Shown here: positions 1-11,601 of the stretch, one piece after another
How positions within the stretch are numbered: position 1 is the first letter of the stretch
Layout: each line of letters begins with the position of its first letter
Assembly: GCA_965240325.2 (NCBI GenBank)
Contig: OZ251231.1
Coordinates: forward strand, 2,294,001-2,358,000
Direction: 5' to 3'
Length of the DNA stretch: 64,000 nt
Origin: Rebecca billardiae RCC1528
Lineage: Eukaryota > Protista > Haptophyta
Program-made: the position numbers and the translations under genes
Notes under the pieces: model-generated
The model's input: only the letters and a program-made list of their open reading frames with translations
The model's database searches: none
Told to the model about the DNA's origin: nothing

Positions 1-2
1 AG

Positions 3-749
3 TGGGGCGCGCTGTGCCAGGGCGAGCGCGCGCGCCAGGGCGCGTGCTGGGAGCCACGGGGCGCGGCGGCGCCGGCGGGCGTGCGCTTCGCGGCGGTGGC
101 GGCCGGGCTGAACCACACGCTGCTTCTGTGCGCGGCAGGCGCCGTCTACTCCGCCGGCTGCGGCTTCGAGGGCCGGCTCGGCCACGGCGACGAGGAGCAC
201 AAGGCCGTGCCGACGCGCGTCGAGGCGCTCGCGGGCGTGCGCGCCGTGCACGTGAGCGCGGGCGCGCTGCACAGCCTGGTGGTCGGCGCGTCGGGGCGCG
301 TGCACGCGTTCGGCGACGGCGGGCACGCCGGGTGGCCCGACGAGCACACGGACGGCTGGCACTCGGTGCCGAGGCCGATCGCGGCGCTGGGCGCCGTCTC
401 CGCCGTGCGCGCGAGCGCGGGCGCGCGGTACAGCGTTGTGATGGACGCAGACGGCGCCGTGCACGTGTGCGGCGACGGCGCGCTGCGGCTGCTCTGGCTG
501 GCGCACGGCCGGTTCCGGGCGCTGGCGGCGCACCGCGCCGTGAGCTGCGCCCTCGGCGACCACGCGCTCTTCGTCACCGCCGATGGCAGCGTGCACTCGT
601 GCGGCATGACCTCAGGCGCGCTCGGGCGCGGCCAGAGCATGGCCGAGGCGGGCGAGGACGCGCCCACGTGGCAACGCCACCTCGCCACGCGCTCGCTCGC
701 GCGCATCGAGCGGCTGCCGCCTGTGCTCAGTCTCGGCGGCGGCCTGTGA
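3..749 (+). CDS. RCC1-repeat beta-propeller protein, 3' part (5' end outside window)
   Basis: Repeats such as VAAGLNHTLLL...GAVYSAGCGFEGRLGHG...PTRVEAL and VSAGALHSLVV...GRVHAFGDG; frame open back to the window edge. Confidence 0.85.
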   Translation, partial: WGALCQGERARQGACWEPRGAAAPAGVRFAAVAAGLNHTLLLCAAGAVYSAGCGFEGRLGHGDEEHKAVPTRVEALAGVRAVHVSAGALHSLVVGASGRVHAFGDGGHAGWPDEHTDGWHSVPRPIAALGAVSAVRASAGARYSVVMDADGAVHVCGDGALRLLWLAHGRFRALAAHRAVSCALGDHALFVTADGSVHSCGMTSGALGRGQSMAEAGEDAPTWQRHLATRSLARIERLPPVLSLGGGL

Positions 750-965
750 GGCGGATGCAGCCGTTGATCGACGTCGACTACCGCTGTTGCGCGAGCCTTC
801 GTCGGAGTGTGAATGAGTACACAGCAGTGATGACTCGCCGTCAGTCTCGTTCACAAGTCTCGCGCAGTAAGTAGTAATGTATCATCATGTAAAAGCGTCC
901 TGCGTCCGCCCGGTCCGGGCGCGCAAGCGGTCGTTTTGTGAGTAGCTTGGCCAAACCGCCCGAGG

Positions 966-1442
966 ATGGCGGACGACAGCAAGGCTGCAGTAGGCGATGG
1001 GACCACATCCGTGGAGGACCTGCTGGTCTCGAGCGGCGAGCGGGACCGGTATGCGCGCTCGCAGACCGCACTCGTGGCACGTCATCGGCGATGCTGGTAG
1101 CTGAGAACGCGCGCCGCTCGCGCCGTGCCCGCAGGTTGAAAGAGCTGCTGCGCACGAAGCTGATCGAGTGCGGCTGGCGGGACGAGCTGAAGGAGCACTG
1201 CAAGGAGGTGCTCAAGTCGAAAGGGAAGGAGAAGGTGACGATCGAGGATCTCGCCGCGGAGATCGCGCCGCACGGCCGAGGTGCGGGCTGCACCCCGCGC
1301 GCGAGCCGCGCGTGAGCGCGTACAGCTGACTGCGTTGCGCTGCGCTGCGCGTCTGCCGATTCCAGCCACGATCCCGCAGGAGGTCAAGCAGGAGCTGCTG
1401 CGGAAAATCTCCAAGTTCTTGGAAGAGAACAGCCACACCTAG
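966..1442 (+). CDS. ENY2: Transcription/mRNA export factor ENY2/Sus1 (3 exons: 966-1048, 1135-1280, 1366-1442)
   Basis: Spliced product MADDSK...[36 protein letters not shown]...[36 protein letters not shown]; two GT-AG introns restore the frame. Confidence 0.92.
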
Positions 1443-1815
1443 TTCTCCTGCCCGCCGCGTGCTGTACCGTCGTGAGCACAGGTCCTGAGGAGGTCTGCCG
1501 TGTGTTTGCGCAAAGCCCATTGATCATGCTGACGCGGCCCACGGGCACGGCCCCGACGGAACGGTCCCGCGCCGGGAGAGGCAGCCCGTCTGTCACCGGA
1601 ACGCATGCGCTGCTGCATGACGAATGTCGGCGTACGCAGTTATTGATGACATCAGCAAGCAGCGCTCCGCATCATCACTGCTTCTTCGATCGTCGCATAA
1701 AATATATATATAACGACTTGATCTGATATGTCTATAGTAGTGTCTAAATCTAATAAGCTACGAGTTGTCTCGTATAACTATAATGAGCGCGCCGACTGCA
1801 TGACGATATGATTGA

Positions 1816-3470
1816 TGGCCCGCGGTGCAGGGCGGAGCGCGCAGCGTGGAGCCCGCACCAGCGGGCCCGAACAACGTTTCAAAAAGATCTTTGATCAAGA
1901 AAAAAGGGACGGGGGACGATTTTCATGGCTGGAGGAGGCCGAGTTTCGAATTTTGAGACCCTCTCTAACATGCATCACGGCCGAAAAAGGTCGCGCCCAC
2001 GGCAAGTTCATAGTAAAGCGTGGAGTGACGCCCGTCCAAAAAACTTCACGCCCTTTAGGATCCCTAACGTAACGAACCGTTACAAGCGATTTTTCCGGCC
2101 AATGAGATTGCAGCAAGGTCCAAGGAGCGATGACGTATCTAGATAGAGATTGCCGCGAACCGATGTGACCATGTACGTCCCTTGAATCAGTTGAATCAAC
2201 TATTCAATCGCGCCGTGTCTGTATCAGGAGCCGACGAGGCAAGGGTCAGTAGCCGATGGGCCAACCTCGGCGAATCTCAATACTATCTGACACCGGAGCG
2301 GGAGCCGGGGCGCCGGCGGGCCCGCGTTTTCTACGCCACGGCTGCGGCGAGACCGCGAGAGCGGATGAGGCGAGCTGACGAGCGACCGACGGGTGAGGAC
2401 GGCGATGGGCAGGTGCGCGCGGCGAGTTGCGCCTGGAGCGCGCGGCTGCGGCGGGTCCCGACTGCCGTCGACATCGCGTTCGTGCCCCCGCTCACTCCGC
2501 GCGCCCCCGCCGCCCCGTGTCACGATGTCTGCGCGCGGCCGCGCGCCGGTCGGCGCCGCGGCGCCCCGGCCGCGCCGCGGCAGCCGCCCTGTATTCGGGC
2601 TCTCGCTGAGCTCGGGGGCAGCGGCGCCTGATGCCGGACTGATCGATCTCTGAGTCTTCGACTTCACCACGCGCCGCCCTTGCCATGCCTTTCCGGGGAG
2701 CGCCGACGATCCGAGTCCATCGTCGACCGGTCGACTCTGAGCGAGGGCTACGCCTCGGAACTGAACGGTACTCTACGAGGAGGACGAGCTGCGCGGGCGA
2801 CGGTGGTGCGTGACGTCCCCAGAGCTGGCTGTGCCTCTGCAACGCGTGCCGAGCCTGATCGAGGTGCATGTCAGCCCGTGCACGCGCGGCGTGCGCGAAC
2901 GATCTGTGACTGGTGCCCAGTCGCACCTCCGACCTCGGCACCGTGCTCCCTCGGGCTGTCAGCTCCGCGTGGCCTGGCGTGCACGTCGAGTTGCGCTCAT
3001 GCGTCGATCACGCCTCGCGCCCGCCTGTCGGCCGTCGCGCAGGCGCTGGTCGAACCCTACTCGGACCAGTGCAAATCACCTAACTATCCTGGCGCTGCCG
3101 CGGTGCGCGGTGACCCGCGGCGGGACAGCGGTCAGTCAGCAGCAGCGGCCCGAACGAATCCGCGGCCCCGCACCGTGCTCCCTGGCTGTCAGCTTCGCGT
3201 GGCCTGGCGTGCACGTGGAGTCGCGCTCATGCGTCGATCACGCCTCGTCGCATCCGCCTGTACACAATCGGCGCCGCGCCGGCGGCTGCGAAGTGCGCCG
3301 ATGGGCCCGCGCCCCGCCGGCGCGGCGGGCGGCGGCGCGCCGCTGGAGTCTAGTTGTACGGGCATGCAACTCCGGGTCTGTCAATAGACGACTGCGATGG
3401 AGGGTGCACCGCCACCGCGGGCCCTGAACTACGTTCGTTCTACGGAAAAGGACCGCGGAACGCGGTCATA
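1816..3470 (+). mobile_element. Non-autonomous Helentron/DINE-1-like element, family 1 copy A
   Basis: 5' TGGCCCGCGGTGCA with self-complementary hairpin; subterminal inverted copy near 3405-3423; 3' stem-loop GACCGCG-GAA-CGCGGTC then ATA; ends shared with copies at 31499, 37289 and 38939; no clear TSD. Confidence 0.75.
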
Positions 3471-3571
3471 TAATGATGGCGACGCCGACTGGCATCGCAA
3501 GACGGCAGCGGCCGCAGCGGTGAGCGGAGTCACGTCTGCTGCTAGCGCAGCTCAACTGGTGTTCTTGAAAC

Positions 3572-4764
3572 TCACCCGAGGTCTCGCCCAGACCAGCCGC
3601 GCCGCGCGCGCGCGCGCGCGCCGTTCGAGCTGGCCGACTTGGGCGGCGGCGAGCCGCTCTCCGAGCCCGAGCCCGCCTGGCGCGCCTCGACGTAGCGCGC
3701 GACGTGCTCGCGCAGCTCGACGTCCGACTCGAGGGCGGCGTCCATCGCCGAGCGCGAGCGGTCGACCGCGCGGCTCGAGCGGCCGAGCTTGGCGGCGGTG
3801 AGCGCCGCGACTGCCTCCGAGCCCTGCGCCGCCGCCACGGACTGCTCGTACCCGTCGCGGATGTCGAGGCGCAGCCCGCTCTTGCCCAGCACCGGCAGCT
3901 CCGAGAGGGCGCGCCTGCGGGAGCAGCCAAGCGCGCGCGCGCGCACGTGGGTGCCGTTGGGTGTGAGTGTGTGTCGCGCGCAGTGCGGGTGCGCACGCTG
4001 CGCCGGCGCGCGTTGGCGCGCGTCGGCGCGCGCTCGTGCGGGGCAGCGACGCCCGGCGGCGCGCGCGCGTGCGCGCACCGGATGGCCCTCTGCCGCGCGC
4101 GCTCGCGCTGCTGCCGCGGCGTGCCGGGGCTGGCCGCTGTCCGCATCGGCGAGCGCGCGGGCGCGCCTGGCGAGGGCACGCTCAGCCGCATCCGCGCCGG
4201 GCCGGACATGGTTCGCAGGACCGGCGCGCCGTCAGGCCCGCGCCCGTCCGCGCCCGGCTCCGCCGCGCCCTCGTCCTCCGCCTCCGCCTCGCCCGCCGAG
4301 CTATTCGTGCCGGCTGAATCGGCGTCGGACGAGGCGGCGGAGGCGTCGGCGCTGCGCGCGAGCCCGCCGCTCCGCCCGCGCGCGCCGGCCGGCGCGGCCG
4401 CCCGCCCGCCGTGCGCGAAACGGCCCGACGCCTCGTCCTCGCGCGCCGCCTTGGCGCGGGCGGCGGCGGCGCCGCCCGCGCGCGCGGGCGAGGCGAGGCA
4501 GTCGCGCCGCAGCTGCTGCACGAGCAGCCGCGCCGTCTCCGAGCCGAGCCGGCCGGCACGCAGCGCGCGGTGAAGCATTGCATGTGTGTCCTCCGCCTCA
4601 GCCACGGGCACCGCGCGCCGCAGCCGCGTGCCGAGCGCGGGCGCCGCGCCCGCGTCCACGCCGTTGAGCAGCCGCGCGGGCGGGGGCAGGTCCGCCGGGC
4701 CGAGGGCGCGGCCGCCGCCGCCGCCAGTCACCTGGCGCAGCAACGCGCCGAGCGGGTTTGCGCG

Positions 4765-4796
<32 letters not shown>

Positions 4797-7753
4797 GCAC
4801 GGCTGAAGCCACTAGCTCGTGGCAGCGCGCGTGCGCGGTGTGCTGCGCGCGCGCGCCGTCGCACACGTCCGCGAGCCACAGCCTGCGAGGAGGGACGGGC
4901 GCACGGCGCGGCGCAGGGTGCGGGCGCGGGGTCGGCCACGCTGTCGCCGCGGCGGCCATGCTGGCCGCGCAGTGCGCGCCCCGCGCACACTGCGGCGCGC
5001 GCGGCGCGCGCAGCCGACGACGGCAGCGCCGTGCGCGCGGGCGGTGCGCGCGCGCGTAGGGTACGGTAGGGTAGGGCAGGCGCAGCGCATCGCACCACGT
5101 GTGGAAGAGCATGGCCACCGCGCGCTGCGACTCCGCGTCCGCCACGGCGCGCGCCTCCGCGTCGCGCGCCGCCGCCGAGCGCGCGCCGCCCAGCGCCCCC
5201 TCCGCGAGCGTGCGGCGCGCGCGCTCGCAACTCACGTCGGCGAGCGCGTCTGCGTGCGCGGCGCGCGCGTCGGCGAGCGCGGCGCGCAGCGCGGTGCCCT
5301 CCGCCTCGAGGGCGGCGCGCGCGCCCGCCTCGGCCTCCGCCGCCTCCGCCGCGGCGCCGCCCACCGCGCGCGCGTCGTCGAGCGCCCGCGCCGCGCCCGC
5401 GCGCCCGCGGCCGAGCGCGCGGCCAAGCGCGCGCTGCGCGCCCGCCGCGTCGGCGCGCGCGCGCTCGGCCGCGCGCGCGTGCGCGCCAACCAGCCGCTCG
5501 AGCTGCGCGAGCTGGGCGAGCATCAGGGCATGGCCAGCATCGTCCTCCTCGTCCTCGTCGTCCTCGGCCTGCGCGTCGGCCGCGCGCGCGGCGCTGACGG
5601 CCGCGATGCCGTCTGTCGCGCCCAGCGCCGCGCGCGGCTCGGCGGCGGCCGCGGCGGCGGCGGCACTCGGCGCGGCGGCGGCGGGCTCGGCGGCGGCGGC
5701 GGCGGGCTCGGCGGCGGCGGCGCCCCCCGTAGCGGAGGCGTGCGCCACGGACGGCGCGGCGCCGGGCACGTCGGCGGCGGCGGCGGCGCGTGCGCCCACC
5801 CGCCCGCCACCGCCGCCACCGCCGCCACCGCCGCGCCCTCCCCCGCGCCTCGCGAGCGCGAGCGCGGCGCCGAGCTGCGCGGCGTGCCGCTCGGCCGCGC
5901 CGCGCAGCACGGAGGCATGCTCAGAGCGCGCGCGCGAGAGCGCGTTCGCGCCGCGCTCGCGCTCGTCGTGCAGCGCCTCGCGCGCGCCCTCGAGCTCGCG
6001 CAGCACGCCGCCCAGCTGCGCCCTCGTCTCCGCCGCCGCGCGCGCGTCCGCCTCCGCCGCCGCGAGCGTGCTCGTGAGCTGCTCCTCCGCGCGCTCCCAT
6101 TGGCCGAGCAGAATCGAGCGCTCCTGCTGCAGCTTGGAGCACGCGGCGTGCAGCTCGAGCATCGTCTGCTTCTGCGCGGCGAGCTGGCGCTGCGCCCACT
6201 CCTTCTCCTTGCGCACGCGGCCGAGCGTGCGCGCCTCCGCGCGCATCGCGCGCAGCGCGCGCCGCGCGCGCTGCCGCCGCCAGCCGCACTGCAGCGCGAT
6301 CGCCGCGCGCCGCCGGCGGCGCGCGCGCACGTACGCGGCGCGCGCGGCGCGGCGGCGCGCGCACGCCTGGATGCGCGCGGCGGCGCGCGCGGCGCGCGCG
6401 AGCGCGGCGCGCGCCGCCGCGCCGCGCGCCACGCGCTGCAGCCGCGCGGCGGCGCGCGCGCGGCGCACGGCGCGCGCCACCCACCGCGCCGCCGCGCCGC
6501 GCCCCGCCGCCTGCACCGCGCGCACCGCGCGCCGCACGCGCCCGAACGCGCGCGAGAGCGCCGCGCGTCGCGCGGCGGCCTGCAGCACGACGGCGGCGCC
6601 GGCGCGCGCGTGCGCGCGCTCGCGCTCGAGCCCCTCGAGCGCCGCCGCGCCGAGGAACACCTTGCTCCGCCCGCGCGCGTGCGAGCCCTCGGGCAGCAGC
6701 CCGCGCTCGGCGCCGAGCCAGCCGAGCAAGGCGTCGGTGGCGGCGGCGGCGTCGATGGCAGTGGCGGCGGGCGCGAGCGGCGCGCGCGCCGCGGCGTCGG
6801 CGTCGGCGCCCGCGGCGACGGCGATCGGGCGGAAGCGCGCGAAGAAGTCGCGGTGGGGCAGCCGGCTCGGGAACGCCGCGCGCATCACGTGCACCGCCTG
6901 CAGCACGCCCGAGCACTGCAGCTGCGAGTGTACGCGCGCGCGCTCGAGCACGCGCCGCGCCTTGGCGCCGTTGGGATTCACGCAGCGCACGTAGTGGCAG
7001 TGCGTGCGGCCGCAGGTGCGCATGAGCTCGGAGAGCTGCGCGCGGAACTGCGTGGCGAGCGTGTCGCGCGCCGCCGGCATCTTCGTCAGCGAGTGCCGCC
7101 CGCGCGCGCCGCCCGCGCCGCCGCCGACGCCGCCGCCCGAGTCGGGCGTGGTGGCAAAGCGCGCGGGCGGCGCGCGGCCGCGCGGCGACGAGAGAGCTGC
7201 GGATGCGGAGAGGGCGGCGGAGGAGCAGGGGGAGGTGGGCGAGTCGGTGCCCCCCGCCGCGGCGCCGAGCGCGCGGACGAAGGGCTCCGCCGAGCCGCCC
7301 GCCAGCTGCGTCAGCCCCGCGGGCAGCGCGTCGCGGCACTTGTCCACGAAGCCGGCGACGGAGTAGGTGACGGAGGCCGCAAAGTGACGAACCTCAAACG
7401 TCGTGCCGCGGTCGCGCGGGTTGGTGCGGAAGGACGGGTGCGAGGCGTGCGCCTTGAAGAGCTTGGTGGCGAAGCCCTCGTCCGAGCCCCTCGGCACGAC
7501 GCACTCCTCGTCCAGGCAGCACAGCACGCCGTGCGGCCGGTCCTCCAGCAGCTGCAGCGTGCCCGCGTTGTCCGTGTACGGCACATAGGTCCACGGCACG
7601 CCCTCCGCCTTGTATTCCTTCTGCTCCGCGCGAAACACGATCTCGTTGAACTGGCCCTGCAGCTTCTCGTTGGCGTAGTTGATGCAGAGCTGCTCGAACG
7701 AGTTGGTCTCGAAGAACTCGAAGCCGAAGATGTCGAGCACGCCGATCTGCTGC

Positions 7754-7792
<39 letters not shown>

Positions 7793-9396
7793 TAGCTTCC
7801 GACGCCGCCGCCCGCGCCGCCGCCGCCGAGGCCGCCGCCGCCGCCGCCAAAGCTGCCAGAGCGGCCCATCGGCGTGTGCGGCGAGTGCTGCGAGGACGAG
7901 AGCCGGCGCTCGCGCTCCGCACGCCCCCGCGCCGACGCCGAGCGCAGCCCGCCGTTCAGCGCGCCCACCAGCGCGCCGAACAGCGCCCCGTACAGCCCCT
8001 TGCAGAACGCATCTCGCGCGTATCTCGCCTGCCCCGCCGAGTTTGGGATCAGCACCGTCTCCTCGGCGGTGACGAGGGTGCGCGCGCAGAGCGCGGAGCG
8101 GAGCGCGTCCGCGTCGACGGCGAGCAGCCGCGCCGCCGCGCGCAGCGCCGCCTCGCCCCCCGCCTCCACCGCCGCCGCCGGGTCCCCCTCGGCGGTCGGC
8201 GCCTCGTCGAAGGTGACTGCCCCAAGGTGCAGCAGCGCGGCCGTGAGCGTGAGCGTGTCTCTCACAAGCACCTCGCCCATGCCGAGGGAGGCCATGCGCC
8301 GCGCGAGCTCGAGCACGTCGCCCGAGCTGTCGGGGCCCTCCGACGCCCGCGCCGCGCGCCCGCCGCCGCCGCCGCCGCGCTCGGGCGTCCCCTCCACCGA
8401 GCCGCCGCCGCCGCCGCCATCGCCGCCGCCGCCGCCGCCCGCGCCCTCCGCGACCGAGCGGCGCAGCCGCTCGGAGCGCGCGCCGCGCTGCACGAGCGAG
8501 GCGTACGGGTAGCGCCGCGCGGGGTCGAGCTCGAGCTCGCTCACCAGCCCCGCGGCGCGCAGCCCCTCCGCCCCCTCGAGCAGCGCGTAGAACGCGTGGT
8601 AGTTGCACTCGCCCGGCCCCTGCGAGACGACGCGCGACTTCTCGAGCAGGTAGGTCCGGATCTCGCACCCGGACACGCGGCCGGACTCGGCGTCAAAGTC
8701 GACGGTCATCAACTTGCCGAAGCGCGAGGAGTTGTTGTTGCGCAGCGTGCGCGCGTTGCCGAACGCCTCGAGCAGCGGGTTCGACTCGAGCAGCTTGCTC
8801 TCCAGCTCGCCCGCCGAGCGCGAGCCCGAGAGCACCGTCAGGTGCTGCAGCACAATCTTGGTCGTCTCCGTCTTGCCCGCGCCGGACTCGCCGGAGACGA
8901 GGATCGACTGCGAGCGGCCCTCGCGGCGCATGCTCGTGAACGCGCGCTCGGCCACCGCGAACACGTGCGGCGCCGGCGCCTCGTCCGCCGCGTGCGCGTC
9001 GTCGTCGCCCACGTACTTGCGCTGCACGGCCTCGGCGTACAGCGGCAGGTCGTGCCACGGGTTGAGGGCGATGAGGATGGGGCCGACGTACGTGTAGATC
9101 TGGTCGCGGAAGAACCGCTCGCTCACCGCGTGCAGGATGTTCGGCGCGTCCAGGTGGCGCAGCTGCACCAGGTCGTCGCACGAGTCCTCGCCAGCTGAAT
9201 TGCTCGCGCGCGCGTCTGCGATCGGCACGCTGAGCTCCTCGTCGTCGCGGAGCGTGCGCACTCGGAGCTCGGTCTCGCCGGCCGAGGTCACGGTCGCGAG
9301 GCGCCACACCTCGCGCGCGCATGGCACCCATACCCGCCGCTCGAGCTCCGCGCCGGTGGCCGCGGCCGCCGGCTCGGCGCCCGCCGCGCCCGACAT
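3572..9396 (-). CDS. Myosin heavy chain (N-terminal SH3-like, motor, IQ motifs, coiled coil); at least 2 introns in the tail (~4883-5096, ~3914-4080)
   Basis: GESGAGKT P-loop, EAFGNARTLRNNNSSRFGK, LLEKSRVV, DIFGFE, FEQLCINYANEKLQ, several IQ-like motifs; start MSGAAG at 9396; 3' end approximate. Confidence 0.93.
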
Positions 9397-9733
9397 GCTG
9401 CGGCACGCAAGCTGGGCGCGATGAGAGTTTCGGCTTCTGTTGTTGAAAAAGCCGCCCGCGTAGCCGGTCGTTTCGGTTGGAACCTGGGCTGTCGTGCCTG
9501 AAGGGCCTCCAACCCCCCCATGCAGCGCATAGGCCAAAGTGGGTGACTTGGGTAGCTCCGTAAGAGCGCAGAGGGCAGCTGACCAAACTCTGCACATTCA
9601 CTCAACGTGCGCGCCCGCGCAATGATTGCAGGCCGAGGCTTGCGGTGGGCTGGGCGCTGGGCGTGTGTGCGGCTGTGCGCGGCAATCTTGGGAGTTGCGG
9701 CGGGCCGACGAAGCCATCGCGACGAGAGCTGCC

Positions 9734-10243
9734 ATGCCGCCCGGACGACCTCACTCCCGGCGCGCGCTGCTGCTCGCCGTGAGCCTGATGCTTGCCGTGG
9801 GGGCGCGTGCATTCCGCGCGCCCAGCCACCACGGCCCCGTCGCCCGCGGGCTGCGGCAGCCGCGGCTGCGGACAGGCGCGCCGCCCAGGCACGCCATGTC
9901 GGAAGTGGATGAAAAGAACCTCAAGGCGATGACGATGTTCTCGAACAAGTACGCGCAGAACACGGGCACCGTGTACTGCTCCGACCCGTCCATCCCAGCC
10001 GTCGTCATCAAGGGCCTCGCCGAGCACAAGGAGACGCTCGGCGCGCCGCTCTGCCCGTGCCGCCACTACGAGGACAAGCACGCCGAGGCCAAGGATGGCT
10101 TCTGGAACTGCCCGTGCGTGCCCATGCGCGAGAGGCACGAGTGCCACTGCATGCTCTTCCTTAAGCCCGACGACGACTTCGCCGGCGAGAGCCAGGAGAT
10201 CTCGCTCGAGGAGGTCGCGAAGCTGATTGCCACGATGGACTGA
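9734..10243 (+). CDS. ftrC: Ferredoxin-thioredoxin reductase catalytic subunit, plastid-targeted
   Basis: GLAEHKETLGAPLCPCRHY, FWNCPCVPMRERHECHCMLFL; N-terminal hydrophobic signal ending ARA-F followed by an Arg-rich transit peptide. Confidence 0.93.
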   Translation: MPPGRPHSRRALLLAVSLMLAVGARAFRAPSHHGPVARGLRQPRLRTGAPPRHAMSEVDEKNLKAMTMFSNKYAQNTGTVYCSDPSIPAVVIKGLAEHKETLGAPLCPCRHYEDKHAEAKDGFWNCPCVPMRERHECHCMLFLKPDDDFAGESQEISLEEVAKLIATMD

Positions 10244-10931
10244 GGGAGGAGGGACACGCTCCCGACTCTCGGCGGCGCGGTGGCCGCCGCGCTGCTGCCG
10301 CTCGCGTGACGATGGGCGCACGGCGCACGCCTGGCCAGCCGGAGTAGGCGCGCTGCTGGCAGAGCTCGATCGTGCCATCGTCGCGACAAATGGCTACGTA
10401 CTAGACCTAGTGGTGGACGGCAATAATCGGCGGCGTTGGACGACGATCCGACAGGCTGGCGGCCCGCGCAGCCTGTAAGTGAGCCTGTAAGTGTAACGGG
10501 CACGGACCGTCCCGTGGCCGTGCGTACAGCGTAGTGCGTAGTGCGTCTCGTGGCCTGCGAGCGCGACACTGACACGTACTGCGGCAAGAGTGCCAGTGGC
10601 CAGCGCCCGCGACCGAGTGAACCGAGTAGCCGTGAACGGCGCCGGACCCGCCGGCGGCCGCGCCGGGCCGCGCCGCGTGGCATCGCGCCTCGCTCAGGCG
10701 GACACGCTCACACGGGTGACTGCTGACGTGTCGGTGCCGGGTGCGGCCGCGCCCGAGTCACACTCACAGACACAGTGAGTGAGTGGGCACCGTTGTAAGT
10801 CGGACGGCAGACACTCGGACTGAGTGGCGGTGGCACCAAGTGGCGGCCCGCCGCCGGCGCCGCCGGTGGCGGTGCCCGCGTGCCCGTGCCCGTGGCGCCG
10901 TGAGCGGCCTGCGGGCGCGGTCACGGACACG

Positions 10932-11412
10932 TAGAGGGGTCAGAGCCCCACTGGGGGGTGCGTGGCCCAAAATCCAACTTTCTGTCGTCTTGAGATGAGG
11001 CTCTCAAACTTCGGGATGTCAATATTCGCCTGGAATGACCTGGGCGGTCACGACACGCTGACAAGTTTTGCGAAAAAATGCGTCGTCACATACTGAGTAA
11101 TGATACTGGAGATATACGACCTCAATCTCGACGCGATCTCGGCAACATTAGTAGGGGATCAGATACACGATCTCCAAGGTGATCTCGCTATTTGCACCAG
11201 AAAGGCAGAATCGCACCGTCTAGATCACATTTTGGCAGTCTGAAATTGGCACAGGCGGATTCTATACAGCACCCTGGAATTATTATATATGCCAAAACGA
11301 ACTTAAACGGACTCAAACAGTTACAAACCGAGGAGATATTTCATATATTTCGAGATTTCGGGACGAGATTGCGTCACTCGGGAGCGTAACGGTCGGAGCT
11401 CTGACCCCACTA
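10932..11412. mobile_element. MITE (481 bp) with 15-bp TIRs and 9-bp TSD
   Basis: TAGAGGGGTCAGAGC (10932-10946) vs GCTCTGACCCCACTA (11398-11412), 14/15 inverted match; ACGGACACG at 10923-10931 and 11413-11421; AT-rich interior. Confidence 0.85.
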
Positions 11413-11601
11413 ACGGACACGGAGGCACTCGCGGTGACGGGTGAGTCCCAGTCAGTGAGTCCGGGCGGGCGGGCCGCCCGCGGCGCGGCCCGCCGGCGCC
11501 CGGCGCGGGCCCCGGGGCGGGTGTCCGTAGTTTCGGCGGATGATTCAGTAGTGATGACGCCGATGGCCCATTGGCTGCCTGATGGGCCCCGTTATGCTAT
11601 A

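Noticed and set aside
4819-9198. 1459-aa plus-strand ORF and many similar long antisense or alternate-frame ORFs
   Set aside because: Shadow ORFs caused by extreme GC content opposite real genes; Arg/Ala-rich with no motifs
3466-9597. 2043-aa single-exon myosin as given in the ORF track
   Set aside because: Reads through GC-rich introns, starts upstream of the likely ATG, and the true last exon is in another frame
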